The translations under genes and the position numbers were made by a program. 64,000 bases of DNA from Planctomycetota bacterium (lineage in GTDB: Bacteria > Planctomycetota > PLA2 > JAEUHO01). The stretch lies in contig JBFWRP010000002.1 of assembly GCA_050248855.1 (NCBI GenBank), positions 32,001-96,000 of the forward strand, given 5' to 3'. A model generated the notes under the pieces. The model ran no database searches, was not told where the DNA came from, and saw nothing but the letters and a program-made list of their open reading frames with translations. Position 1 is the first letter of the stretch. Every line of letters begins with the position of its first letter. Of the stretch, positions 9,011-17,857 are shown piece by piece.

Positions 9011-9799
9011 CTAGCAATCGGCCAGGTCCACCACGCATGGCAAACGCCGCGGCAATTCAACGGTCCCCATGAGCCGCTGGAGCCCGGCGCGCAGGCGTCC
9101 CGAAGCGGGAGCCGCTCCTCGGCCCTTGGTCCCACCGTGCCCGTCTTCGACTCGCAACACTAGGCCGTCCACCTGCGCCTCGACCTTGGCGCGGACGATC
9201 GTGGCGCCGCCACAAGGGTGCGCGTCACCGTTGGCGCCCACCAGCAGGATCACCTCGTCGAAGCCCATACGCATGAGCGAGTTACCGAGGGCCTCGGGCG
9301 GAGCGTCCTCGCAGGGCAGGCAGAACTGCACGGCCGCAATGGTTCGCAAGTCCGGCACGAGGAGTCCACGGGCCAACGCCAGGTCCGTTGCCATGCGCTT
9401 CCGGATGCGCCCGTGGTCTCGCCGTGGGTAGTGCCACCTCGCCCGCCGTTGAACCTCAGCAAGGTCGGGCTCGTGCCTAGCGACGAGTGGCCCAGAGACA
9501 GCGTCGATGCTGGTCGGGCGATCGCCATGTCGCAGCACGCCGAGGGCGTCAGCGGGGACGTTGATCGCGGCCCACGACATCGCATCTAGACAGAGCATGG
9601 CCTGGAGGTCGCCGGGAAGGCCGCGTGTCCCGAAGATGTCGGCGATGAAGTTGGCGCGGCTGGAGGGAGACAATCGGTCGAGGCTACGCCGGACCGGGCG
9701 CCGTCCAAGGGCTATACGGGCTTCGACCCCTTGCGTCGTCGCGCCGTCTTTCTCTTTATGCGCCGCCGGGCGGCTGACAGCGCTACCTCCCTGAGCCAC
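9011..9799 (-). CDS. Hypothetical protein, start uncertain
   Basis: Long ORF co-oriented with its neighbours; no motif recognised. Confidence 0.35.
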   Translation of the reverse strand: MAQGGSAVSRPAAHKEKDGATTQGVEARIALGRRPVRRSLDRLSPSSRANFIADIFGTRGLPGDLQAMLCLDAMSWAAINVPADALGVLRHGDRPTSIDAVSGPLVARHEPDLAEVQRRARWHYPRRDHGRIRKRMATDLALARGLLVPDLRTIAAVQFCLPCEDAPPEALGNSLMRMGFDEVILLVGANGDAHPCGGATIVRAKVEAQVDGLVLRVEDGHGGTKGRGAAPASGRLRAGLQRLMGTVELPRRLPCVVDLADC

Positions 9800-9939
9800 T
9801 CAGCCATGGTCGTCCCGGATGCTTCCGCAGCAGCCTGGATCTCGGCCTTCTCCGTGGGGCGGACCCTCGCGGTGATGCGCTCGCTCAGTGCTTCACCCTC
9901 CGGGTGCGGAGGCCGCCCCATGCCCCTGGCAGCCATCAC
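9712..9939 (-). CDS. Ribbon-helix-helix (MobC/DUF1778-like) DNA-binding protein
   Basis: GRPP..SERITARVRPTEKAEIQAAAEASGTTMAEWLRE; GGAGG RBS. Confidence 0.75.
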   Translation of the reverse strand: MMAARGMGRPPHPEGEALSERITARVRPTEKAEIQAAAEASGTTMAEWLREVALSAARRRIKRKTARRRKGSKPV

Positions 9940-9978
9940 GCCCTCCGTCCGAGGGCGCCAAGGGCGGCAGTGGTAACA

Positions 9979-9993
9979 TATTGGTATCCAATA
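9979..9993. promoter_or_regulatory. AT-rich palindrome, candidate operator
   Basis: TATTGG-TAT-CCAATA between the divergent RHH and GYF_2 genes. Confidence 0.45.
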
Positions 9994-10114
9994 AGTCGAG
10001 GCCAGCCGCCAGGACCGAGCGTCCTGGTGAGTGATCTGACCTGTCTCGTGATGCCCGAGAAGGTATCTGAGGCTAGGCCAGGCCGCTACGGGCGGCTGGC
10101 TGGGGAGGGGAGTA

Positions 10115-10885
10115 GTGGAACCGCAGTACTACATCCGGCAGGGGGGCGGACGGCCGCAGGGGCCGTTCCCGTGGAGCAAGATCCTGGGCTACGCCGCGGC
10201 AGGCCGAGTGAGGGCCGACATGGAGTTCTCCGAGGACGGGCAGTCCTGGTGGAGGGGGGAGGACTGGCCCGCGTTGTTCCCGCGGGAGGCGGTGACAGCG
10301 CCATCGCCGGTCCCCACAGCGTCGGCTCCACGCAGGGCTAGTCGGGCGCGTGGCGCGTCACCAAGCCGACGCCCTCGTCGTCAGCCAAAGCGGTCTGGCA
10401 GTGGTTCGCTCGCGCCCGTGGCCATTGGCATCGTCGCAGTCATCGGAATCGCTGTGGCCCTGTCCAGGAGCGGTGCAGACGAACGGCAGGCGGTGGAGAG
10501 GATCCGGTCGTCGCCGTTCGTGCCGAGGAACGACACCCCCTCTTCGCGCCCGGAGCCGCGTGCAGCAGCGTCGCCCCCACTTCGGGAGCGGGCGGGCAGC
10601 GGCTCGACGCGCACCGAGGCGGCTGCGCGGCCCACCAGGGCCGCTCTGCGAGCCAAGATGATCGGGCTGCTTGGTGGCATCCCACAGGGGATCGTGGGTA
10701 GTTTCGGCGACAACGGCAAGCAGATGTGGATCGCCGAGATCGGCAAGCCCGATCGCACGCAGTCGATCGGAGGATCCTACTTCTGGTACTACGCCTGCTC
10801 AGACGGCACGATCCAGGTTGTGATCTCGGGCGCGCTCGATCAGGGTGACGACCTGTTCGCGGTGGAGGGGATCAATGACTATTGA
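10115..10885 (+). CDS. GYF_2 (DUF4339) membrane-anchored protein
   Basis: YYIRQ..QGPF..I..G.V..D..SEDGQSW N-terminus, Pro/Arg linker, one TM helix, C-terminal domain. Confidence 0.7.
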   Translation: MEPQYYIRQGGGRPQGPFPWSKILGYAAAGRVRADMEFSEDGQSWWRGEDWPALFPREAVTAPSPVPTASAPRRASRARGASPSRRPRRQPKRSGSGSLAPVAIGIVAVIGIAVALSRSGADERQAVERIRSSPFVPRNDTPSSRPEPRAAASPPLRERAGSGSTRTEAAARPTRAALRAKMIGLLGGIPQGIVGSFGDNGKQMWIAEIGKPDRTQSIGGSYFWYYACSDGTIQVVISGALDQGDDLFAVEGINDY

Positions 10886-10903
10886 CCCGCGAGGAGGCAC
10901 GCG

Positions 10904-11014
10904 ATGAAGGTGGCTCGCTTCGTCCTCTCCCCCCTCCGCTGGCTGGGCAAGGGCATCCTCCACCTCATTGTCGGCACGCTGCTGCTCGGCATCATCGGCG
11001 GAGGCGACGGCTAG
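10904..11014 (+). CDS. 36-aa hydrophobic small protein (not in ORF track)
   Basis: GAGGAGG RBS; MKVARFVLSPLRWLGKGILHLIVGTLLLGIIGGGDG. Confidence 0.55.
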   Translation: MKVARFVLSPLRWLGKGILHLIVGTLLLGIIGGGDG

Positions 11015-11232
11015 ACGTACTCGCGCTTCATGCGCGCCCGCTCAAGTCGCCACCGTGGGCCGGAGCAAAGGCCGCATCGAGGACGACCGCAGTCCAACGG
11101 ACTGTGCCTCCGCCAGCGGCCCATGGCCACCCCGTCCGGCCTCGCCCCGAGCCCCCAGTCGAGCGCACGGGCCTGGCGTACGCGGCGCTGCACGACGCGA
11201 GCGGTGCGGTGGCGGCGGTCGGCGCGGGTCAT
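11011..11232 (-). CDS. Small basic Cys-cluster protein of phage type
   Basis: MTRADRRHRTARVVQRR..LDCGRPRCGLCSGPR; resembles small phage proteins with an Arg-rich start and Cx4CxxC. Confidence 0.5.
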   Translation of the reverse strand: MTRADRRHRTARVVQRRVRQARALDWGLGARPDGVAMGRWRRHSPLDCGRPRCGLCSGPRWRLERARMKREYV

Positions 11233-11484
11233 GGGGGAGATAGTAGACCGAGTCGGCAGCGGGCGTCGGGACCTCGGACCTGCTCGCCACGGGGTCCGCG
11301 GTGCATTAGGATCCTCCCGCGAGTCCGCCGGTTGCTCGATAGCGTCAAACCTCCTTCTCATTCCACACATTTCCCCTTTTCTCCAAGAGGTTCCCGGCGG
11401 GCTCGTTTCGATTGCTTCACGGGCGCGGGCCGTCGGAGGCACCGGCGATACTCGATGCGCCGATCCACGGCACCGGAGAACCTT

Positions 11485-12297
11485 ATGGGCCTCGTAGGGG
11501 GTTCGGGCCAGCCGCCCGCCACGTCGTACATGTTCATCGACGGTGCCTACCTCACGAAAGTCCGAGAAGAGGTTGCGCGTGACGTGCTTCGCGTCCCCGA
11601 GATCCCGTTGGAGCCGAAGACGCTGACGGGCGCGGATCGAGTGCTCTACTACGACTGTCTTCCGGGACGCGAGAAGGAGGGACCGGAAGCGGACTACTTG
11701 GAACGAACACGGGCACCTCGCGCATGGCTTGAACGGATGGCACTGCAAGACAAGGTGCATGTCGTCGAGGGCGTCGTTGCGGGAGCGGGAAGACGTGCGC
11801 GGCAGAAGCAGGTGGACGTTCAGATCGCCGTGGACGCTCTGATGCACGCGTTCCGCCGCAATCTGGGCTCGGCAACCCTCTTGACCGGCGACCAGGACTT
11901 CGTGCCTCTCGCACTCGCTCTCGTGGCACTCGGTGTCGAGGTGAAGGTCTGGTGCCACCGTCGCTCAGCCAGTCGCGATCTGCTGCGGGTGGCGGATGTG
12001 CGCCTAGACCTCACGTCACATCAACTGGTGAGCATGGCCCCCCACGCATGGCGGGAGTCGATTGCCTTTCCCAGGATCTGGCAGCAGCAGGGGCCGTACG
12101 AAGGAGATGTACGGCAGAGGGGATGTGGACCTGATGGGCAGGATGTGTTCTTCCTGAAGACGGACAAGGGATTCACCATCGTCCATCCGGATCCGTTGAA
12201 CTGGGGCGGTTGGATGCACGCGGAGTCCACGGACGAGGCGCTGCTGCGCCGGGTACATGAGGACGTGTACTTCCATACGCGATGGGCCTCCGCATGA
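11485..12297 (+). CDS. NYN domain ribonuclease
   Basis: FIDGAYL, YYD, QKQVDVQIAVD, LLTGDQDFVP; GGAG RBS. Confidence 0.88.
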   Translation: MGLVGGSGQPPATSYMFIDGAYLTKVREEVARDVLRVPEIPLEPKTLTGADRVLYYDCLPGREKEGPEADYLERTRAPRAWLERMALQDKVHVVEGVVAGAGRRARQKQVDVQIAVDALMHAFRRNLGSATLLTGDQDFVPLALALVALGVEVKVWCHRRSASRDLLRVADVRLDLTSHQLVSMAPHAWRESIAFPRIWQQQGPYEGDVRQRGCGPDGQDVFFLKTDKGFTIVHPDPLNWGGWMHAESTDEALLRRVHEDVYFHTRWASA

Positions 12298-12926
12298 ATG
12301 CCGCCGACGCCCGGGTCCTTTCTGCGCAGGAGGTGGCGAGTGGGTTGGCGGTCCTTGAGGCGGCCGGGTTTGACCCCTCAAAGCCTGTCATCGAGCAGAT
12401 CGTCGAGATTCCTAAACGGATCATGATCCATGTCTACCAAGAGCCTGTACGCGACAAGCACGAGGTCGCAGAACGCGTCAAGCGGGCTAGGCCCGTCGAA
12501 CTCTCGCGCTACATCGTCTCCGATCGTCGTCTGGACTTGTGCAGAGAACCAGCGCTGTGCCAGGAGTTCGCGGAGGTGTGCGGCGCACTGGCTCGCATTG
12601 CACTCGACCATGTGGGAGAGGCTGGACGCGTGCTCGTGATTAGGGATACTCACCCCTTGTGCGTCTATAGTTCGTACGATGGCACGTGGTCCCACTGGTT
12701 CAACGCGTACATGACGGATGCCACATGCACGTACTTCGATTCATCGATCTACAAAAAGTGGAATAGACGCGTCTGCAAGGAGCCCCGCCGCGCCGACTTG
12801 ATGGTACCTCCGCCTGGAGCCACCGAGCAGTGGCTATCCCCGGCATACGTTCCTGGTCCCAATGGCGCGGATCCGGGCAACCCCAATCACTGGCACGAGA
12901 TTGTGGCGGCGTCGGCCCTCGCCTAA
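12294..12926 (+). CDS. Transglutaminase/papain-like Cys-His-Asp protein
   Basis: LCQEFA, SHWFNAY and YFDSS in triad order; ATGA overlap with NYN. Confidence 0.55.
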   Translation: MNAADARVLSAQEVASGLAVLEAAGFDPSKPVIEQIVEIPKRIMIHVYQEPVRDKHEVAERVKRARPVELSRYIVSDRRLDLCREPALCQEFAEVCGALARIALDHVGEAGRVLVIRDTHPLCVYSSYDGTWSHWFNAYMTDATCTYFDSSIYKKWNRRVCKEPRRADLMVPPPGATEQWLSPAYVPGPNGADPGNPNHWHEIVAASALA

Positions 12927-13035
12927 AGGTGCGGCGTGTCCGTCACTGCCTCTGGGAATGGCCTGCCGGGTCCCCTATGCTGCGCGGCCCGTTGCCGCCA
13001 AGCCAACGAAGGGCGATTGCAGATCGCCAAGAATC

Positions 13036-13602
13036 TCACGACCTGCCTGCGACCAAGTCTTCTGCCTCTTCAGGCGTCATGCGCCATGCGGCAATGAGCA
13101 GGAACGCCCCGAACATTCCAGGGACGATGTAGAGCAACCATGCCAGCCAGGGCCGAGGAGACGCCTCTTCGAAGTCGCGAGTCTCCCGCTCATATGTGTG
13201 GCGAGCGTCGATCACAGCCAGGCGCGCCCTTGCCAATCTCTCCTGCGCATGCGCCACGGGCAACCAGGCGCGATCTCGCGGGGTCGCGCTCGGCAGACGT
13301 GGAGAGTCGTCCCAGATGTAGACGTGCTCAAGCGCTCTCGCCCGTTGAGTAGAGTGAGAGTTCCACCAGATCGCGAAGTAGCAGGATGCTGCAATGGTTA
13401 GGCCGCCAAGGGCAAGTACGACCCTGAATCTCCCATCAGCGTAGAAGTACGCGGTAGCGCCAACCAGGAGCATGCCGCCCCAAACGGGGGCAGAGGCCCA
13501 TAACTTCCACGCATCAGCCTCGCCCTCGGTCGCTGCCAGTGGAAGAGCAAGGACGACGGCGGCTAGCCACGCGTAGCAGGACATGCCAAAGAGAAATCGC
13601 AT
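13036..13602 (-). CDS. Membrane protein (about 4 TM helices)
   Basis: GGAG RBS before MRFLFG; three N-terminal and one C-terminal hydrophobic helices. Confidence 0.6.
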   Translation of the reverse strand: MRFLFGMSCYAWLAAVVLALPLAATEGEADAWKLWASAPVWGGMLLVGATAYFYADGRFRVVLALGGLTIAASCYFAIWWNSHSTQRARALEHVYIWDDSPRLPSATPRDRAWLPVAHAQERLARARLAVIDARHTYERETRDFEEASPRPWLAWLLYIVPGMFGAFLLIAAWRMTPEEAEDLVAGRS

Positions 13603-13702
13603 TTCGTTCTCCACCTGTTCTGCGGTGAGATGTTCGCAGGCTCTTGGTCGTCCTCTCCATGAGGGTGTGCATGACGCAGAGCCTTCCCAGGAGCCTGGAA
13701 CG

Positions 13703-14404
13703 TCAGGTGCGTCGCCAGCGCCGAGGTCCATCTCCACGCCAAAACGGAGATCGCTCTGGAGGCCTGATGTCCGTGACCTCCCGGTCCCATGCACCCACCG
13801 GCGGCATCGACTGGTCGTGAACTGTAAGGGCTGCGACGGCAGCGAGGGCCACGTTGGCCCCGCGGGACCGAAGACGCGCAGCGCACGCTTGGAGATGCCC
13901 ACCCGTTGTCATCACATCGTCCACAAGGATGCACGGGCGGGTGGGAGAGGCAGCCGCCGTACAAGTCAGCGCTTGGTACAGGATGCGTGCGTCTCGTGTG
14001 CCACCGCCCCTCTGTGCTGACTTCATGGAATCTGTGAATCGGAGGATGTCGGCTACCTTTACCTCGCGCCGCAAGCGTCCGGCGAGCGCGGTAGCCATCG
14101 CCAGGGTTGTGGGCGCGGTGCCCGACGCGGTTGTAGTGCTGCTGTTCGGGATCGGAATGAGCAGGACCATGCCCGGCGGGGCCGCTCGTTCGACACCGTC
14201 GGCGACGAGGCTCGCCCAGATGCTCGGGGCAGTTGAAGCCGCATCCGGGGCGATCCGCCTTGGCCCATCGGGCGTGAGTATGGTCCCCTGGGCCTTGAAG
14301 GGCTGCTGCTTCAGGGCCTTCACGAGGGCGTATGCTGTGTAGTCGCCCTCACGCCATGCCAGTCCCGGCTGCGAAAGGTAGGTAGCCACTCCATACACGC
14401 GCAT
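13703..14404 (-). CDS. Phosphoribosyltransferase (ComF/ShosT-like)
   Basis: LIPIPNS and PRPP-binding ILVDDVMTTGGHL. Confidence 0.85.
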   Translation of the reverse strand: MRVYGVATYLSQPGLAWREGDYTAYALVKALKQQPFKAQGTILTPDGPRRIAPDAASTAPSIWASLVADGVERAAPPGMVLLIPIPNSSTTTASGTAPTTLAMATALAGRLRREVKVADILRFTDSMKSAQRGGGTRDARILYQALTCTAAASPTRPCILVDDVMTTGGHLQACAARLRSRGANVALAAVAALTVHDQSMPPVGAWDREVTDIRPPERSPFWRGDGPRRWRRT

Positions 14405-14428
14405 GGATACCCCCGGTACGTTGGATCG

Positions 14429-14956
14429 TTGAGGGGCAGGTTCGCCCGATGGCCGCCCGTCTGGCCCTCATGCCCAGCGAGACAGCCTGCCTCATCCCGG
14501 CGCGGACGACAAGTGCGAAGGGCTGGCTCCGCGAGCCGTTGGGGGCGCCGGGCTCCTCCCCACGGAGCCTTGCGCGGCTCCGAGCCCGGCGGGCTATCCT
14601 CGTTGGACACCCTGGCGGATCTCGTCATGGCAGGGGTGGAGAGCACGGTCATGCACGGATTCCAAGTCTCGTCCGCCGGAACTCCAGACTGGGCAGCCTT
14701 GCTGCGCGGCGTTGACGCCGAGGCGGTTTCGCTCGACATGCCGATCACACTGGCGAGCCATGAGGCGGATCCGATCAATGGAGAGGGTGCGTGGTTGGCC
14801 GTGCTGCGAGGCCGCGTCGGAGGAGCCCCTGCGCTGCTACTCTTGCAGTACCACGACGACGACCGAGACTGCGTCCCGCTGCGCTTGTCCGAACTCGTTC
14901 GCACGGATGATGGGTTGCTTTACGTGCGACAGTTGTGGGAGTTTCGCCCCGAGTGA
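14429..14956 (+). CDS. Hypothetical protein, start uncertain
   Basis: C-terminal ~110 aa look globular; N-terminus low complexity. Confidence 0.35.
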   Translation: MRGRFARWPPVWPSCPARQPASSRRGRQVRRAGSASRWGRRAPPHGALRGSEPGGLSSLDTLADLVMAGVESTVMHGFQVSSAGTPDWAALLRGVDAEAVSLDMPITLASHEADPINGEGAWLAVLRGRVGGAPALLLLQYHDDDRDCVPLRLSELVRTDDGLLYVRQLWEFRPE

Positions 14957-15025
14957 TCAATGTGAGGTGTAAGGCGCACGTGCAATCTCGGCGACGGTTG
15001 CCGAACCTTGGCGGTGGAGAGCGAG

Positions 15026-16009
15026 ATGTTGTCGGCAACTGCGCGTAAGTGGCTGACCCTGCTCTCGCTTCCAGGCGTGGGCCGCAAGACGGCGCAGTCC
15101 TTCCACGAATGGGAGAGCATATCGTGTCCGATGCCCGCGCCTGAGTTGGGCATGGAGGACCTTGAGGTTGCCCTGCGTTCGGCCGTACGGTTGAGACGGC
15201 GCCCGTCGCCTGAGGATCTGAAGGAGGCCGTCGCCCACGCTGACCAGGTGCTTGAGGAGTGTACGCGGCTGGAGTTGGCGCTCCTCTGTATCGATGATAC
15301 GTCCTTCCCAGCCTCACTACGAGCCATCCCGGATCCCCCGATCACACTCTTCGTCCGCGGCAGTCTGCGTGGCTTCTCTGGCAAGCCGCGTGTTGCGTTG
15401 ATCGGCACACGGGAGCCATCCGAGTTTGCTGCTAGGTGCTCACGGCGGCTTGGTGCCTTGTTGGCCGAGGGTTCGATCCCCGTGGTCAGCGGGCTGGCGA
15501 AGGGCTGCGATACTGAGGCCCACCGAGGCTGCATCGAGCACGGAGGCACAGCGCTTGCGGTCATGGCCCATGGCCTCGATGCTGTGTATCCTGCGGCGAA
15601 CAGGTCGCTCGCAGATGCCATCGTAGACTGCGGAGGCTGCTTAGTGAGCGAGTACGCCCCAGGCGTGAGAGCCCAGCGGAGTTACTTCGTCGAGCGTGAC
15701 CGCATCCAGAGTGGTCTCAGCGATGCCGTTATCGTCATGGAGACAAGCCTGACAGGTGGCAGCATGCACACGGTGCGCTTTGCCGAGCAGCAGGGTCGCC
15801 TCGTCGGTTGCGTGCCGCCCAGGCCTGAGCAAGGGAACAATGCGTCCGTCGCCGGGGGCGCCGAACTCCTCAAGTCCTCTCGCGCCGAGGCCATCGCGGA
15901 TCAAGACAGCCTGGCACGCTTCCTCGGTCGCCTGCGAGGGGGTCTGAGCCCCTCTGAAGGTGTTCCTCGCTCGGTGCAGGGGAGCCTGTTTGACGAGCAC
16001 GTGGAGTGA
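15026..16009 (+). CDS. dprA: DprA/Smf-family protein (ShosA-like)
   Basis: FPASLRAIPDPP, VALIGTRE, VVSGLAKGCDT.AH, ERDRIQSGLS, GGSMHT. Confidence 0.9.
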   Translation: MLSATARKWLTLLSLPGVGRKTAQSFHEWESISCPMPAPELGMEDLEVALRSAVRLRRRPSPEDLKEAVAHADQVLEECTRLELALLCIDDTSFPASLRAIPDPPITLFVRGSLRGFSGKPRVALIGTREPSEFAARCSRRLGALLAEGSIPVVSGLAKGCDTEAHRGCIEHGGTALAVMAHGLDAVYPAANRSLADAIVDCGGCLVSEYAPGVRAQRSYFVERDRIQSGLSDAVIVMETSLTGGSMHTVRFAEQQGRLVGCVPPRPEQGNNASVAGGAELLKSSRAEAIADQDSLARFLGRLRGGLSPSEGVPRSVQGSLFDEHVE

Positions 16010-16521
16010 ACATCGAGGCGGTGATCTTCGACGTAGATCAGACGCTCGTGGACTCCACGTCCGCCGCCGCGGCGCGTCAGCGACGGGACTGGCCAAGCGT
16101 GTACCGACAGATCCACCGCGTCGCAGTGTTTGCTGGCATGGTTGACCTGTGGGAGCGCCTCCGTGGCGAAGGAGCGTTGCTGGCCGTCGTGACGAACAGC
16201 CCGCGACCCTACTGCGAGCGGGTCCTGCGCCATGCGGGCTTGCGACCTGACCAGTCCGTCTGCTGGCACGATACACGGGCACACAAGCCTGACGCTGAGC
16301 CGATGCGCTTGGTGCTCGCACGCCTGGGCCTTTCAGCCTCCTCGTGCATCTCCGTGGGCGATTCGGTAGACGATGTGCGTTCGTCGCTTGCCGCAGGCAT
16401 TCCCGCCATTGCCGCGACATGGGGGGGAGGAGATGGGGCGGCGATGCTTGCCGCGGGCGCCTCAGGGGTCACGAATCGCGTGGAAGAGTTGGCTACACTG
16501 CTGCTGGATCCTGGTTCGTAG
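16006..16521 (+). CDS. HAD-family phosphatase
   Basis: FDVDQTLVDS, VVTNS, HKP, VGDSVDD; GTGA overlap with dprA. Confidence 0.9.
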   Translation: MNIEAVIFDVDQTLVDSTSAAAARQRRDWPSVYRQIHRVAVFAGMVDLWERLRGEGALLAVVTNSPRPYCERVLRHAGLRPDQSVCWHDTRAHKPDAEPMRLVLARLGLSASSCISVGDSVDDVRSSLAAGIPAIAATWGGGDGAAMLAAGASGVTNRVEELATLLLDPGS

Positions 16522-16533
16522 GTGGCCTAGAGC

Positions 16534-16989
16534 GTGCAGGATCTCGGAATCCCCTTCCGGAGGCGCTACGACGAGGCAGTAACCGCCCTTGACAAGGCGC
16601 GGGGAAGGCTGGTCGGCATAGAGCAGGCGGCGCTCACGCTCTGTCTTTGCTTTGAGATGATCGTTAGTCGCATTCGCTGGCTTCTAAGCAACGTGCCCGG
16701 AGCGATTCTCCGGACGGACGGCGTCGATGAACTCCTCGCTTGTGCCGAATCCAAGGGGCTTATCACGCACGCGGGTCGCTGCGATCTGGATGAGGCGCGA
16801 CGGCTGCGCAACAACGTCATCCATCGGTACGGGGAGCAACCGACGTGGGCGATCGCATTCGACTCTCCTGAGGCGCAGAACCGAAGGGAGGTCGTTGAAT
16901 TGGTCGAGGATAACGTCGAGGTGCTACGGGCATGCATCAGGAACCATGGCCCGCGCCTGTTCGAGAAGGCTGAGGTGATGGATGTCTGA
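16534..16989 (+). CDS. HEPN-like (DUF4145-type) protein
   Basis: Helical; DLDEARRLRNNVIH (RxxxxH). Confidence 0.6.
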   Translation: MQDLGIPFRRRYDEAVTALDKARGRLVGIEQAALTLCLCFEMIVSRIRWLLSNVPGAILRTDGVDELLACAESKGLITHAGRCDLDEARRLRNNVIHRYGEQPTWAIAFDSPEAQNRREVVELVEDNVEVLRACIRNHGPRLFEKAEVMDV

Positions 16990-17710
16990 TCCCGCCCTGC
17001 GGTTCATGTCGGACTTGCCGTCGCGGGAACTCTTGCCTCTCGCACGGATCATCGGCTTGGTTCCCGATCACGTCTTGGTACGTGAGGATGCCCACGCCTG
17101 GCACCCCCCCGTGGCCTCCCAAGTGCAATCTGCGGTCCTACGCATGGGCCAGGGACGATTCTCGTCTACGGCGCCGACGTATAGGGAGATCGTCCTGGCA
17201 GCGGCCGTCCCTCTCAAGATCCCCGGCGCGGCGGATCTTCCCACCCCCGAGATCGAGCAGGCCATTGTTCGCCAACTCCTGCGCCGCCTTGACGAGCGCC
17301 TAACCCTTGAAGAGAAGGAGAATCTGGCCATCGCCCTTGAGCAGAAGTTCGGCTCAGAGGTGCGAGGGCTGAGGACCGCAATTGTCGGGGGCGGGGGTCT
17401 GCTCGCGGCCAATGCCGCGGGCTTCTCCCTCTACATCGGCGCTTCAACTCTCGTGGGGGCCATCACGGGGGCTCTTGGAATCACCTTGCCCTTTGCCTTC
17501 TATACCACGTTGTCCTCCATCCTGAGCGTGGCTATCGGCCCTCTCGGATGGGTGGCGCTGGGTGCCGTTGTCCTCTACAAGATCGGCAAGCCACCGTACA
17601 AGACCATGCTGGCCACTGTCATGGAGGTCACGCGGCTACGAGAGATGCACAGTGCGGGGGGCACTTCGTCTTCCGATGGGTCTGAGCCTCGTGTGGGGGA
17701 CTCGCAGTAG
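16982..17710 (+). CDS. YaaW-like membrane protein
   Basis: TYREIV..A..LKI..IEQAI, then a Gly-rich hydrophobic stretch (AGFSLYIGAST..GPLGW). Confidence 0.6.
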   Translation: MSDPALRFMSDLPSRELLPLARIIGLVPDHVLVREDAHAWHPPVASQVQSAVLRMGQGRFSSTAPTYREIVLAAAVPLKIPGAADLPTPEIEQAIVRQLLRRLDERLTLEEKENLAIALEQKFGSEVRGLRTAIVGGGGLLAANAAGFSLYIGASTLVGAITGALGITLPFAFYTTLSSILSVAIGPLGWVALGAVVLYKIGKPPYKTMLATVMEVTRLREMHSAGGTSSSDGSEPRVGDSQ

Positions 17711-17857
17711 GAGGCGGACGATGCGTTTCGTCATTGAACGCTGCCATCCCCTGGCGTTGGGTGGCCGAAGGACTTCCGGCGGCCAATCGCCGCAGCCTGA
17801 ACGTCCATCGTGGTGCGGTGTCCGTCGTCCTCGCGGTGGGACCAACGCCTTCGGTGG

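Noticed and set aside
15026..16009. dprA as a natural-competence gene
   Set aside because: It lacks an obvious C-terminal winged helix and sits in an island with HAD and PRTase genes, which favours a ShosA-like role.
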